64,000 nt of DNA, from contig NC_091995.1 of assembly GCF_044704955.1 (NCBI RefSeq), forward strand, positions 17,608,001 to 17,672,000. The letters run 5' to 3'. Position numbers and translations under genes: made by a program. Below are positions 13,201-27,210 of the stretch, piece by piece (positions within the stretch are counted from its first letter, which is position 1; the number at the start of each line of letters is the position of its first letter). The notes under the pieces are model-generated. The model worked only from the letters and a program-made list of their open reading frames with translations. It had not been told where the DNA came from and searched no databases. This stretch comes from Pristiophorus japonicus. Lineage: Eukaryota.

Positions 13201-13619
13201 ATTCAACTCCAATTGGATACAATGATACTTGATTTAAGACTTGTAAAACAACACAGTACACAGCGTTATTTTACAAAAACAAGCAGAGCGTATATCACCC
13301 GCTCTGTCCTGGATAGAAGTGTGTGGCTTGATGTTACACGATAGACCTGTTCCCTTCCTCTTGGATATTTTGCCTCTTGCCTCGATAACCTTCGACACTG
13401 AACACCCTGAGCGCTCCTTCTTTCCACACCAGAAAACAGCACGGCACACAGCCTATTCCAATCAGCAGGTACTTCTCTTGCTCCTGATCATATCCTGTCT
13501 TCCAAGCATTGTAGCTGAGGTTTCTTCCGACATCAGTAAAGGATACAGTATGCTGACTTTGCTTATTTTCTACACAAATGCAGAAAACTGTTAGCTATTC
13601 ACTTACTTATAAATGATAT

Positions 13620-14260
13620 CGCTGTAATGTAAGCACGTGGTGCTGTTGCACTGTCAGTAGCTTAGCCAGTTACGTGATGCTCACAAGACTCAATAAAACC
13701 TCAGTTAAATAAGTCTAGATTCACCACGATGAGGCGTGCAGCTTTGAGCCTGGTGGATGAACTGGTAGTGTTCAATTAATTATAAAAAATTTGCTAATAA
13801 ACCAGTTAGTTGTTCACAGCAGTGTAGCAGTGATTTCTTAACAAAATAAACATAAAGCAGATACACGGCAATCGCCTAGCTTTCGAGCAGATTAACTCTT
13901 TCTTACAAGTGCATTCTATCAATTAGGTCGAGCACTCTGGAGATGCCTACTATTCTGTAGAATCATAGCGCCTTCTGTCTTTTCTCCGCTGCCGACATTC
14001 CAAATTTAATGAGCTTCCCTCGCCCCACAGTACATGGTTTCTCATGAATGCTGTCCCTCTCTGCCCCTTGACTGCACTGGTAAAGGTTCCTCTTGGATGT
14101 CTGGAAGGTTCCACGCCCACAAAAGTTGAGGGCCGTGTTCACCCTTATTTTCAAGGTTCCACTGCAGCATGTCTACCGAGGTGTCTAGTCACCTAAGACT
14201 AAGTCGTACTTGTGGCGGATGGCATCCTTTGCTAAATGCAGCCAATTCTCTGGATTTGGG
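13620..14260. mobile_element. Possible Gypsy-like LTR retrotransposon relic
   Basis: TGT…ACA-bounded ~245-bp block (13623-13865) with AATAAA signals, and a weak protease-like - strand translation (KIRVNTAL…VLWGEGSSL). Heavily decayed. Confidence 0.3.
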
Positions 14261-15359
14261 CATCATTGACACATGCGTCGCTTATTATCCATTTCTAGTT
14301 GCTCGTTGAAAAGGTGGTGGTGAGCCGCCTTCTTGAACCACTGCAGTCCGTGTGGTGAAGGTACTTCCACCATGCTGTTAGGTAGAGGGTTCCAGGATTT
14401 TGGCCCAGAGACCATGAAAGAGCAAGGGGTAATTTTATCCAAACTCGCCAGGGGATCAGGTGGGACGCCAGTATTACACCACCGCCCAATATCACACACC
14501 ATTGACTTCAGTAAAGGGTAAAAATCGATTGGTTGTAAAAACCCATCTGTTCAATAATGTCCTTTAGGGAAGGACATCTGCCATCTTTACCCAGTTTGGC
14601 TGATATGTGCCTCCAGACCCACAGCAATGTGCTTGACTCGTTAACTGCTCTCTGAAATGGCGGCTCACCACCACATTCTCAAGGGCAATTAGAGATGACC
14701 AATAAATGCTGACCTTGCCAGAGAGGTCAACAGCTCATGAACGAATAAAAAAAACATTGCACCCGATCACATCAGTTTCCCAAAGAGTGTGTTAGGTTAA
14801 CATTTCTGAGTGTGATATATATCTAAGACAAGGAGGGTGTGTGACTTGGAGGACAACCTGGATATGATGCTATTCCCATGGACCTGCTTCCCTTGTCCAA
14901 GGTGATGGCGGTCATGTGTTTGGGAGGTACTGCTCAAGAAACCTTGCTAGTGCATTCAGGAGATCGAACGCAGTGTAGCTGCCCTACTCCTGGCTGATGG
15001 AGGGCTGGATGTTTAGGCAAGCGGATAAGTTGTCAATCAAGCAAACTTGTTTGTTCGGTATGGTGCGGAGCTTCCTGAGTCTTACTGCAGCTGCACCCAT
15101 GAGAGCAATTTGAGCTTTGCTGGGCTTTCCCCCAAGTGCACTTCCCTATCTTTTACTGCAGTGTTTATTTAACCCTGTTTAGGCTCAGGTATTCCTACTC
15201 CAGCTTTAGAGCTTCTGGGGCTAGAAAGCTCTTAAAAGTACACGTTATTTTAAAAAAGTTGTGCGAGAATAAGTAAGACAGAAAGACTTGCATTTCTATA
15301 GCACCTATCACGATCTCCAAGCCTTTACAGCCAATTTTTGAAGGATAGTCGCTGTTGTA

Positions 15360-18055
15360 ACATAGAAACATAGAAATTTACAGTGCAGAAGGAAACCATT
15401 TCGGTCCATCGTGTCCGCGCCGGCCAACAAAGACCCACACGACCCTCGGTCAGCATTCCTGAAGATTGCATATAAACCTATGAACAATGAATAATGGCAG
15501 AATGGTAAAGAGAATCCGGCCCAACCAGTCTACCCCACACAACTGCAATACCCCATGTATTGCAACATTTTACACTCCATCCCAACCGGATCCATGCGAT
15601 CACCTGGAAGAGGCAAAAAATCAGATAAAAACCCAGGCCAATTGGGGACAGATCTGGGAAAATTCGACCCATCTAGGTGATCGAATCTAGTACAGATCAC
15701 TCTGGCCCTATAAGATTCCCTGAAGTACTTACTATCGTATCTGCGCCAGCCAACAAAAGGTTATCCAGTCTAATCCCAATAACCAGTTCTAGGTCCATAA
15801 CCTTGCAGGTTATTTCAAGTGCCCATCTAAGCACCTTTTAAATGTGTTGAGGGTTTCTGCCTCTACCACTCTTCCAGGCAGTGAGACCCCCACAACCAGC
15901 TGCGTGAAGAAGCTTCCCCTCAACTTCCGTCTAAAACTAGTGTCATTTACAAACTTCTTAATGATAATCCCAATATTCAAATTTAGGAAAAGGGGAGGTG
16001 CAAAGAGACCTGGGTGTCATGGTACATCAGTCATTGAAGGTTGGCATGCAGGTGCAGCATGTGGTTAAGAAAGCAAATGGCATGTTGGCCTTCATAGCGA
16101 GGGGATTTGAGTACAGGGGCAGGGAGGTGTTGCTACAGTTGTACAGGGCCTTGGTGAGGCTACACCTGGAGTATTGTGCAGTTTTGGTCGCCCAACTTGA
16201 GGAAGGACATTCTTGCTATTGAGGGAGTGCAGCGAAGGTTCACCAGACTGATTCCCGGGATGGCGGGACTGACCTATCAAGAAAGACTGGATCAACTGGG
16301 CTTGTATTCACTGGAGTTCAGAAGAATGAGAGGGGACCTCATAGAAACGTTTAAAATTCTGACGGGGTTAGACAGGTTAGATGCAGGAAGAATGTTCCCA
16401 ATGTTGGGGAAGTCCAGAACCAGGGGTCACAGTCTAAGGATAAGGGGTAAGCCATTTAGGACCGAGATGAGGAGGAACTTCTTCACCCAGAGAGTGGTGA
16501 ACCTGTGGAATTCTCTACCACAGAAAGTTGTTGAAACCAATTCACTAAATATATTCAAAAAGGAGTTAGATGAAGTCCTTACTACTAGGGGGATCAAGGG
16601 GTATGGCGAGAAAGCAGGAATGGGGTACTGAAGTTACATGTTCAGCCATGAACTCATTGAATGGCGGTGCAGGCTAGAAGGGCCGAATGGCCTACTCCTG
16701 CACCTATTTTCTATGTTTCTATGTTTCTTTGTTTCCACCAACCACTATAAACCTATGCCCCCTCGTAATTGACCGTTCCACCAAGAGAAATAGGCCCATG
16801 CTATCCACTATATTCTCAAGGCCCCTCAAAATTTTATACACCTCAATGAGGTCTCCCCTTAGCCTACTCTGTTCCAAGGACAATAAACCCAGCCTATCCA
16901 ATCTGTCCTCATAGCTAAGATTCTCCATTCCAGGCACCATCCTCGTAAATCTCCTCTGCACCCTCTCCAGTACAATCACGTCCTTCCTATAATAAAGTGA
17001 ACAGAACTGCATGCAGTATTCCAGCTATAGCCTAACCAGTGTATTATACAATTTAAGCATAACCTCCATGCTCTTGTATTCTATGCCTCGGCCAATAAAG
17101 GTAAGCATTCCATACACGTTCCTAACCACCTTATCATCCTGACCGCTACTTTCAGGGATTTGTGGACAAGCACTCCAGGGTCCCTTTGCTCATCTATACT
17201 GCTAAGTGGCCTACCATTTAATGTGATTACCCTTTCCTTATTAGCCCTCCCCAAGTGCATTACCCAAAACTTCTCCGAATTAAATTCAATTTGCCACTGT
17301 TCTGCCCAGCTGCCCAGTAGATTGACATCTACCTGCAGCCCATGACATTCCTCGTAAATTCAACCACACAGCCAAATTTAGTGTCATTTACAAACTTCTT
17401 AATGATAATCCCAATATTCAAATTTAGATCATTGATGTATACCACAAAAAGCAAATAACCGAGTACTGAGCCCTGCGGAACCCCACTGGGAACTTCATTC
17501 CAGTCACAAAAACATCCATCGACTATTATACTTTTCTTCCTACCTCTAATCTAATTTTAGATCTAACTTGCCACTTTGCCATGGATCCTTTTACCTTCGT
17601 GAACAGTCTGCCATGTAGGCGCTCATGAAAAGCTTTGATAAAGTCCATATACACTGCATTGTATGCAATACCCTTATCGACCCTCCTGGTGACCTCCTTG
17701 AAAACTTCAATCAGGTCAGTCAAACACGATCTTCACTTAACAAGTCTGTGCTGACTGCCCCTGATTAATCCTTGCCTTTCTGAATGTAGATTTTTCCTGT
17801 CCTTCAGCATTTTTTCCAATACTTTTCCCACCACTGACAGGCTTGCAATTACTCGGCCTATCACCTTCTCTCTTCTGAAATAGGGTACCATATTAGCAGT
17901 CCTCTAGTCCTCCGGCTCCATACTGAATCCAAAGAGGCCTTTAAAATGATGTTAAAGTCTCTGCTATTTCCTCTTTTGCTTCGCTCAACAGCCTGGGATG
18001 CATTTCATCCGGGTCTGGGGACTTATACACTTTCAAAGCTGCTAAATCGCTTAAT
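15360..18055 (-). mobile_element. CR1 LINE fragment, interrupted by a younger + strand CR1 at ~15987-16727
   Basis: ORFs 16719..17012 and 17526..17723 (…VYMDFxKAF…; QRRFTRMVPG). The 3' tail catagaaacatagaa lies at ~15361. Confidence 0.85.
15987..16727 (+). mobile_element. Young CR1 LINE 3' end inserted in an older CR1
   Basis: ORF 16176..16631 QFWSPNLRKDILAIEGVQRRFTRLIPG…GYGEKAG, intact 3' UTR and (tttctatg)n tail. Confidence 0.9.
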
Positions 18056-18405
18056 GTTGGGAAATGCGACAGCCAATCTGTATGCAGCAAGCTCCAACAA
18101 ACAGTAATGTGATAATGACCAGGTCATCTGTTTTTGTTATGTTGATTGAGGGATACATATTAGCCAAGGCACCGGATAGAGCCGTCTCCTCTCCTTCGAG
18201 ATCGTGCCATGGGATCTTTTACGTCCACCTGAGAGGGCCTTGCTTTAACGGCTCATCCAAAAGACGGCATCTTCGACAGTGCAGCACTCTCTCAGCACTG
18301 CACTGCCTAGATTTTTTTGTGCTCAATTCTGAAGAGTGGGACCTGAACCCACAACCTCAACTGAACTGAACTCAAAGGCGAGGATGCTACCCACTGAGAC
18401 ACTCA
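18055..18405 (-). mobile_element. Deu-domain tRNA SINE
   Basis: Reverse complement of the head gtctcagtgggtagcatcctcgcc… plus the Deu core. Confidence 0.75.
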
Positions 18406-18985
18406 AGTAGCAAAAAGCAGTGATGACGTGAATCCCGTCAAAAACGCTCTGAAAGCAAAAGGCATGCTGTTGGATTTACGCAACTGTGCTCAGCACCATC
18501 CCGTGATATCTGTGTAACCACATGTTCATATTTCAAACAATTGCCCTGCATTATTCATTAAATTAATTCCGAGCATATTTTCTTGTTTGTAAACTCTGCA
18601 CGCTCTAACTTCATTCCAAGAGTTTGTCATTGAATATCTGTTCAAACAAATACAAGATGAGTTTGAATCTCCGGGTGAGGAAGCATCCATTGCAATAAGT
18701 GAAGGATTAACCTGAACGGCAAAGCGTTTCTCCATTATTTCAATGTATTCGGTGAAATACTAAAGTAGTGTTATTTCTTAAATAGTCTTGAAATATTATG
18801 TTGCCGACTACAATTAGAAAACGTGCTTAGTGAACATAGTTCCTGTTGTGTGGTGCTAAACCACCAGAGTTTCCTCTTTATATACACGTCAGCGTCCGAG
18901 GTGGGATGTATGTTGCGTTCAACAGAACTTTGGGACACTGCAGATCAGATGTGAGCTCGTAGTGTTCTGCACAGCAAGAAACAAA

Positions 18986-19043
18986 ATGCAAACTCTTCAC
19001 GTATGGACGATCTTGAATTTAATGATAATGCAGTTACATATCG
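18986..19043 (+). CDS. Gene B exon 1: leader exon MQTLHVWTILNLMIMQLHI
   Basis: ATG in aaaATGc, 19 codons +1 nt, donor G|gtgagc, phase 1 compatible with both downstream V exons. The flanking intron is homologous to 26189 onwards. Confidence 0.65.
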
Positions 19044-20054
19044 GTGAGCCACTATCTTCTTATTTTCACATTTGAATTCTATATTTATTAAAGCGGAAGA
19101 GCATTTGGTTGAACATGCTGTTTGTTTAACCGGAACTATTATATAATAAAGATGCATTGCAGAAAATACTGCTTCGTTTTATTATGTTCGATTACATGCG
19201 CTGAATGCATCATTTCTGCGGAATAATGGCTCCGGTTGGACTGGAGTGTAGAATGTTTCAGTGTAATGGGTGTCGCAGTTGTGTGGGGCGGATTGTTTGG
19301 GCTGGGTGCTCTTTACCTTTCCGCCATTGTTCATTGTTCGTAGGTATATATGTAACTTCAGGGCTGCTGATGTGCGGTTCTAGGTCGGCCAGCTTGGGCC
19401 GAAATGGCCTCCTTCTGCGCTGTAAATTTCTATGTTTCTATAAGCATGTTAACTTTCGGGGAACTTTATGTATATGTTATATACATTAACGTTCTCCTCC
19501 ATGCTGTGAACTTGCATTATTAAATTGATATAATTAATAGGGCCTGTTAAAATGTACTTATGGAAATAAATTAACTCCCATAATCTTTGCCGACTGTTTT
19601 ATGCATGTAATTATCTGACATTTTATATCTTCTACCCGACAATTCAACGACTTTGCATTGGACACAATTTGTTCCATTAGTAAACGGTTCATATTGAACA
19701 CGTGTCCAACGTTTCCATACTTACACTTGGCATAATAGAAAGGAGAGATTTCCGATATAAATGATTCAAGATGACAGAGTGATATCTCACCCCAATAGAA
19801 GAGAGAAAAAGAAGTACATCGGGAAGCAATGGCTAAATGTTGTCAATGAAGTCTTACAAAGAAAATCAGTTCTGTGAAAACACAGTAGATCCACCTTTAT
19901 AAAGTGCCAATTTCCTCTAATTTCATGCCATTTAAAGCTTCAGAATATAGATAGCGGCCCAATCAGACCCATCCGACAATGGACTACAATTGTCAAAAGT
20001 TGCCTTGAGAAACTGGAAAAAGATCGAATGTAATGAAACTAATGTTAATGTGTA

Positions 20055-20505
20055 CAGTTGTGGCTCAGTGGGTCCCACACTCGCCCCTGAATCTGAATTT
20101 TGCGCGTTGAAGTCCTGCTACAGGGATTTGAGCACAAAATCTAGGCTGACACTGCAGTTCAGTGCTCAAGGGGTGCTGCACTGTCGCAGATGCTATGTTT
20201 CGGATGGGAAGTTAAACGGAGGCGCGTCTGCTCTTTCAGGTGGGCGTCAAAGATCCTGTGGCACGATTTCGAAGAAGAGCTGGGAGCTTTTGCTAGTGTC
20301 CTGGGCCAGTAGTTGTCCCTCAATGAACTTAACAAAAACAAATGTTCGGATCATTATCACGTTGTTGTTTGTGTGAGCTTGTTGTCTGCAACGTGGCTGA
20401 CGCGTTTTCCACATTGCAACATTGACTACACTCGAAAAGTACTTAATTGGCGGCAAAGCACTTTGAGACGTCCGGAGGTCATGCTAAGCCCGATATAAAT
20501 ATATA
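20055..20505 (+). mobile_element. Near full-length Deu-domain tRNA SINE
   Basis: tRNA-like head gtggctcagtggg…, Deu core, tail …atataaat. Confidence 0.8.
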
Positions 20506-20951
20506 TTTAATAATTGCTCACTAATTCTGGCTTCTCAGTACTCTTCCTGGATTAGTATTTTAAATTCTTCATAATAGCATGTCCTTTTTTGACAGATCAA
20601 AGTTTCTTTCTCCAGAAACGCATGTTGTCCCTGGAATCTATTTGCACTTCCTACTCCCAAGACCGCCTCCAGTAACTTTTTCTACAAATCTATTGCTCTT
20701 TATGTCTACCGCCTGTCTTTCCTTATTACCTCTAGTTTGTTCATCGACAACTTAATTAACTTGATTCGTTGAATTCAAGACATGTGGCAATTCTTGCACA
20801 GCTGCATTGATTCTACGTATTGTAATGAACAGACCATTAATTCGTGATATTGAATGACGTTTAAAGAGGAGCTTGCACCCTCCACACAAAACAACGCACT
20901 TGTCTGTAAATTTGTAGGTAAGTATTGAACATTGCTCCATTTATACTCCAG

Positions 20952-21279
20952 ACAGTGGATTGATGAATGGGATCAGAGTGTTCCAGTTCTCAGTTGTCAT
21001 TCATGTAACAGAAGGTGGATTGGTGCACATTAACTGCCCTTTCGAAGCGAATGGCTCTGTCGGATAAGTTATTTGGAGGCGGGCCTCAGGGTACACGGAG
21101 GTGTCGGATCGGAATGCTTTCTATCAAAGCCGGATAATGAAGTCATGGCTGGAATTATTTACCCCCAAAATGGCTTTCCTTAAGATCGTCAATTTAGCGA
21201 AAATGCACTCGGCTGTTTACTACTGCGAAGTTGAAATTCCGGCGGTTCCGGACAGGAACACAAATTTCACGAACTGACC
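20952..21279 (+). pseudogene. Dead duplicate of the gene B V exon
   Basis: Collinear with 26872-27210 (RVFQF…VTEGG…C…W…EVSDRN…YYCEVEI). In-frame TAA at 21065-21067, an 11-nt deletion in the GxGT strand (328 vs 339 nt), and donor gtgagt changed to gcgaat. Confidence 0.9.
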
Positions 21280-22214
21280 GCGAATAGAAAAGATCAGTTT
21301 TCATTGGAAGAATGTCCCAATAGTTCCATATTTCTATGGCTGGGCATATGCTATGCTATGAGATTTCAGTTCGGGTTTATGAATTGTGGCCATGTTCAAT
21401 ATCATTTTCAAAGCACATCGGTCATATTAGTCGCTAATTCATCTCCTGAAATTGCTACATATCCAGCTGGAATCCCGCTATTTAGGCGCAGTGCTGTAGC
21501 AGAAGCACCGGCCGACTGGATGCTCCATTAAAACCTAAGCAGAGACCTGCTGCTCTCTGACTGAGCAAGAGGGGGAAGTCGAGCAGTTGGGGCTGTCGAG
21601 AAATAGAAAAAATGGAGGGATGGAAGTTGCCAAAATAAAGGATATTGCACAAGTTGCATCTATTCTCGTTGAATTTGGTTCTGCTGATGAATGTGACAGA
21701 ACATTGTTTTTTTTTGCAGTCATAGTTATTGCAAAAAATGCATTGAACACTGGAGAGTTGTAGAGAGCTCAATAGGCAGGCAAAGCAGATTTATGCGGAA
21801 AGTTCCCAGTAGAGCGCAACAAAATTCCCGGAATTCTAAAAGAATTGTTTGATCATCATGTGATTTTAAACATTTTTGGTCAAAACAGGAATGCAATGCA
21901 ATAGACAAGCATTAGGTTGGGAAGCTCGAAATCGTGGGAAAGTAGCAAAATGCAAGAAATTAATATAAATAAAATGGAGAGTAAAAGTCAGACGGGTGTT
22001 AAAATCAACGTTGCACCCGATCCCGTCAGTTTCGCAACAGGCTAATTTCCTTCCAGTTGTTCCCTATATATATATGTCTAACTTAGAATCGGACGTGACA
22101 CGGAGGGGAACGGTAGCGTAGTGGTTATGTTACACCGAGCAACATAAGGAGATGTTAGGACCGATCACCACAGGCTCCATCGAAGAGGTAATTTTTAAAG
22201 AGCTTCTTAAATGA

Positions 22215-24890
22215 GGAAACATAGAAACATAGAGATATAAAAAATAGGTGCAGGCGTAGGCCGTTCGACCATTCGAGCCTGCACCACCATTCAATAAGAT
22301 CATAGAAACATAGAAACATAGAAAATAGGTGCAGGAGCTGGCCATTCAGCCCTTCTAGCCTGTACCGCCATTCAATGAGTTCATGGCTGAACATGAAACT
22401 TCAGTACCCCCTTCCTGCTTTCTCACCATACCCCTTGATCCCGATAGTCATAAGGGCCAGATGTAACACCCTCTTGAATATATCTAATGAACTGGCATCA
22501 ACAAGTCTCTGTGGTAGAGAATTCTACAGGTTAACAACTCTCTAAATGCATCAGTTTCTCTTCATCTCAGTCCTAAATGGCTTACCCCTTATAGTTAGAC
22601 TGTGTCCCCTGGTTCTGGACTTCCCCAACATCGGGAACATTCTTCCTGCATCTAACCTGTCCCGTCCCCTCAGAATTTTATATGTTTCTATGAGAATCCC
22701 TTTGATCCTTCTAAACTTCAGAGAATACAGGCCCAGTCGATCCAGTCTCTCCTCATATGTCAGCCCTGCCTTTCCAGGAATCCGTCTGGTGAAACTTTAC
22801 TGCGCTCCCTCAATAGCAAGAAAGTCGTTCCTCAGATTAGGGAAACAAAACTGAACACAATATTCCAGGTGAGGCCTCACCTAGGCCCTGTACAAATGGA
22901 GTAAGAACTCCCTGCTCCTATACGCAAATCCCCTAGCTATGAAGGCCAACATGCCATTTGCCTTCTTCACCGCCTGCCTACCTGCATGCCAACTTTCAAT
23001 GACTGATGTACCATGACACCGAAGTCTAATTGCAGCTCCCCTTTTCCTAATAGTCCGCCATTCAGATAATATTCTGCCTTCGTGTTTTTGCCACCAAAGT
23101 GAATAACCTCACATTTATCCACATTATACTGTATCTGCCATGCAGTTGCCCACTCACCTAACCTGTCCAAGGCAACCTGCTGCCTCTTAGCATCCTGCTC
23201 ACTGCTCACACCGCCATCCAGCTTAGTGTCATCTGCAAACTTGGAGATATTACACTCAATTCCTTCATCTAAATCATTGATGTATATTGTAAATAGCTGG
23301 GATCCCTGCGGCACATCACTAGTTACTGCCTGCCATTCTGAAAAGAACACATTTATCCCGAATCTCTGCTTCCTGTCTGCCAACCAGTTCTCTATCTACA
23401 TCAGTACATTACCTCCAATATCATGTGCTTTAATTTTACACACGAATCTCTTGTGTGGGACCTTGTCAAAAGCCCTTTGAATGTCCAAATACACAACATC
23501 CACTGGTTCCCCCTTGTCCACTCTATTAGTTACATCCTTAAAAAATTCTAGAAGATTTTTCAAGCATGATTTCCCTTTCATAAATCCATGCTGACTTGGA
23601 TCGATCCTGTCACTGCTTTCCAAATGCGCTGCTATTTCATCTTTAATAATTGATTCCAACATTTTCCCCACTACTGATGTCAGGCTAACTGGTCGATATT
23701 TACCCGTTTTCTCTCTCCATCCTTTTTTAAACAGTGGTGTTATATTAGCTACCCTCTAGTCCATAGGAACTGATCCAGAGTGTTGGAAAATGATCACCAA
23801 TGCAACCACTATTTCTATGGCCATTTCCTTAAGTACTCTGGGATGCAGACTATCAGGCCCCGGAGATTTATCGGCCTTCAATTCCATCAATTTCCCTATC
23901 ACAATTTCCCGCCTAACAATGATTTCCTTCAGTTCCTCCTTCTCTCTAGACTCTCGATCCCCTAGTATTTCTGGAAGGTTACTTCTGTCTTCCTTCGTGA
24001 AGACAGAAGCAAAGTATTTGTTCAAGTGGTCTGTCATTTCTTTGTTCCCCATTATAAATTCACCTGATTCTGACTGCAAGAGACCTACGTTTGACTTCAC
24101 TAATCTTTTTCTCTTCACAAATCTATAGAAGCTTTTGCAGTCAGTTTTTATGTTCCCAGCGAGCTTCCTCTCATATTCTATTTTCCCCCTCCAGTTAAAC
24201 CCTTTCTCCTCCTCTGCTGAAATCTAAATTTCTCCCAGTCCTCAGGTTTGCTGTTTTTTCTGACCAATTGGATGCCTCTTCCTTGGATTTAACACTGTCC
24301 TTAATTTTCTTTGTTAGCCACGGTTGAGCCACCTTCCCCGTTTTATTTTTACTCAGGCAGGGATGTACAATTGTTGAAGTTCATCCATATGATCTTTAAA
24401 TGCTTGCCATTGCCTATCCACCGTCAACTCTTCAAGTATCATTCGCCAGTCTATTCTAGGCAATTCACGTCTCATACCATCGAAGTTACCTTTCCTTAAA
24501 TTCAGGACCCTAGTCTCTGAATTAACTGTGTCACTCTCCATCTTAATAAAGAATTCTACATATTATGATCGCTCCTCCACAAGAGGCCTCGCACAACAAG
24601 ATTGCTAATTAGTCCTTTCTCATTACACATCATCCAGTCTAGGATGGCCAGCCCTCTAGTTGGTTACTGGACATATTGGTCTAGAAAACCATCCCTAATA
24701 CACTCCAGGAAATCCTCCTCCACCGTATTGCTACCAGTTTGGTTAGCCCAATCTATATGAAGTTTAAAGTCGCCCATGATAACTGCTGTACCTTGATTGC
24801 ACGCATCCCTAATTTCTTGTTTGATGCTGTCCCCAATCTCACTACTACTATTTGGTGGTCTGTACACAACTCCCACTAGCATTTTCTGTT
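22215..24890 (-). mobile_element. Large CR1 LINE fragment (endonuclease C-term through RT and 3' UTR), frameshifted
   Basis: ORFs with GVVYRPPNS/MGDF, KSPGPDSLHPRVLKE, QHGFMKGKSCL, VPQGS…KFADDTK; doubled 3' tail at ~22215-22380. Confidence 0.95.
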
Positions 24891-25204
24891 CTTTGGCGAG
24901 AGATGCGAAGAGATTGAGAGCTTGAGGGACGGAATTCCAGAGCTTAGGGCCCTCTGCAGCCGAGAGCATGGCCACCAATGGTGGTGCGATTAAAATCGGG
25001 GATGATCAAGGGGACAGCATTGGAGGAGCGCAGAAAGGTGGGGGAGTACTAGTGCTGGACGCAGCTACAGCGGTAAGGAAGGGTGAGCCCATGTATATTT
25101 TTGTAGTATCAAGTGCAAGCTGTGTTTCTGTCTCTGGTGCGAACACACCATTGACATTTATGAAGGATTGAATAAAACTGTTTTCCGTTAATATCTTGTC
25201 TCAA

Positions 25205-25572
25205 TGTACTCAGTGCAGTGCTGAGGGAGATCTGCACTCTCAGAGGTGCCGTCTTTCGGATGAGGCATTAAACCGAAGCCCCGTCTGCTCTATCACGTGG
25301 ACGTAAAGGATCCCATGGCAATTTTTCAAAGAAGAGCAGATGTGTTCGCCCAGGTGTCCTTGACAATTTTTATCGCTCAATCAACATAACAAAAGCAGAT
25401 TATCTGGTTATTATCACTTTGTTGTTTGTGGAAGCTTGCTGTGTGCTAATTGGCTGCTGCGTGTCCTACATTATAACAGTGACTACACTCCAAAACAAAG
25501 TACTTCATTGGCAGTAAAGCGCTGTGCGACGTCCGGAGATCATGAAAGGCACTATATAAATGCAAGTCTTTC
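25205..25572 (+). mobile_element. Deu-domain tRNA SINE
   Basis: Deu core and tail ggcactatataaatgcaagtctttc. Confidence 0.8.
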
Positions 25573-26166
25573 CTTACTCGGTGATGATTGTGTGTACTAA
25601 ATAGTGCAGTGGCCTCATTATTCTTAAAAGATTGTTTCTGGCCACATTTGGAAAACGAGATTAGTAAATAGAGTTGGTTGTTGTTTGGTATTAAACCACC
25701 ACTGTTGTTTTCCACACAAAAGTCTTATAGGGGTTGGCAGGAAGAGTGTTTCCTATGGCTGAGATGCCTAAAACCAGGGCTCACAGTCTCAGAATTTACA
25801 ACTGAGATGAGGAGACATTTATTCACTCAGAGGATGGTGAATCTTCGGAATTCTCTACCCCAGAGGGCTGTGGAGGCTCAGTCGTTGAGTATATTCAGGA
25901 CAGAGATTGATAGATTTTTGAATATTAAGGGAATTAAGGGATATGGGGAGAGTGCAGGGAAGCAGATTTGAAGTAGATCGCCCATGATCTTATTTAATTG
26001 AGGAGCAGGTTCGAGGGTCCAAATGGCCTACTTCTGCTCCTAATTCTTATGTTCTTATGTTTGAACAACTCAGCGGCTGTGGTTGAATGGTTACTGGTTT
26101 CAGCAGCACTTTGGGTGGCTGTAGATCAGATATGAGCCAGTAGTCTCCTGTAGAGAAAGTGCGAAA

Positions 26167-26188
26167 ATGCCAATACCTTTACATATTG
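26167..26188 (+). pseudogene. Degenerate duplicate of the leader exon (MPIPLHI)
   Basis: ttacatattg|gtcagtcactagcttcttatt aligns with ttacatatcg|gtgagccactatcttcttatt at 19034-19064. The hydrophobic 5' part of the leader is absent. Confidence 0.55.
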
Positions 26189-26871
26189 GTCAGTCACTAG
26201 CTTCTTATTCTCAAGCTTTATATATTTATTTGTGCATTAACCTGTACGAATACTTGGTTGGTTAAACTTTGTCCTTTTGCAAAAATAAACACACAACGAA
26301 GTAACAAGCGTCAACCAAGGTATTGTTTCAACTATGTTGCATTGTGTTGTCTTATTTTGCTATGAATCCTCCATAAGATATATAATATATATGATACATA
26401 TATATAATATATCTTAAATATTCTCCTGCATGCAGGTGCAGTGAATTTCTATTAAGATATTAACAAAATTAATGGGGACTTTCAAAATTGACTTCTGGAA
26501 ATAAATTCATTCCCTGTGTTGTGCATGAAATTATCTGACATATTACACCTTCCATCTTTACGCAGCGTGCCGTTTGGATCTCGAGTGTACTGCCTGAAAG
26601 GGTGTTGAAGGCAAACTCAATCATGGCTTTGAAAAGAGAATTGGTTAAGTATCTGGAGGGGAAAAAAGACAGGGCTACGGGGAAAGGATAGAGAGTGGGA
26701 CTAGGTGAAGTGCTCTTACAGAGAGCTGGCATGGGCTCGATAGGCCGAATGAATGCCTTCTGTGTATAACCATTCTATTGTATAATTGTATATATGATTG
26801 TATAATTCGATACTGACCTGTCATTCTGTAGGTAATCATTGACAGATTGCATTGTTCCATTTATATTCTAG

Positions 26872-27210
26872 ACAGTGTGTTGATGAGTGAGCTCAGAGTG
26901 TTCCAGTTCCCAGCTGCCATTAATGTAACAGAAGGTGGATCGCTGCAGCTGACCTGCACTTTCGAAGTGGATGGTTCTGTCGGATTAGTTGTTTGGAGGC
27001 GGGCCTCGCTAAACATGGAGGTGTCGGATCGGAACCCTTTCTATCAGAGCAGGATGATTAAGTCAGGGTTGGAATTATTTTCAGGTAAAATAGTTTTTCT
27101 TAAAATCGACAATTTATTAAAAATGGACTCGGATGTTTACTACTGCGAGGTGGAAATTGCATCGGTTGGGAAAGGAAATGGAACAGGAACACAACTTACA
27201 GTGACTGACA
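26872..27210 (+). CDS. Gene B exon 2: NKp30/NCR3-like VJ-type Ig V domain
   Basis: Acceptor ttctag|AC, donor A|gtgagt, 339 nt, phase 1-1. Encodes DSVLMSELRVFQFPAAINVTEGGSLQLTC…VVW…EVSDRNPFYQSR…DSDVYYCEVEIASVGKGNGTGTQLTVTD; the C-terminal strand resembles human NKp30 (YVCRVEVLGLGVGTGNGTRLVV). Confidence 0.9.
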
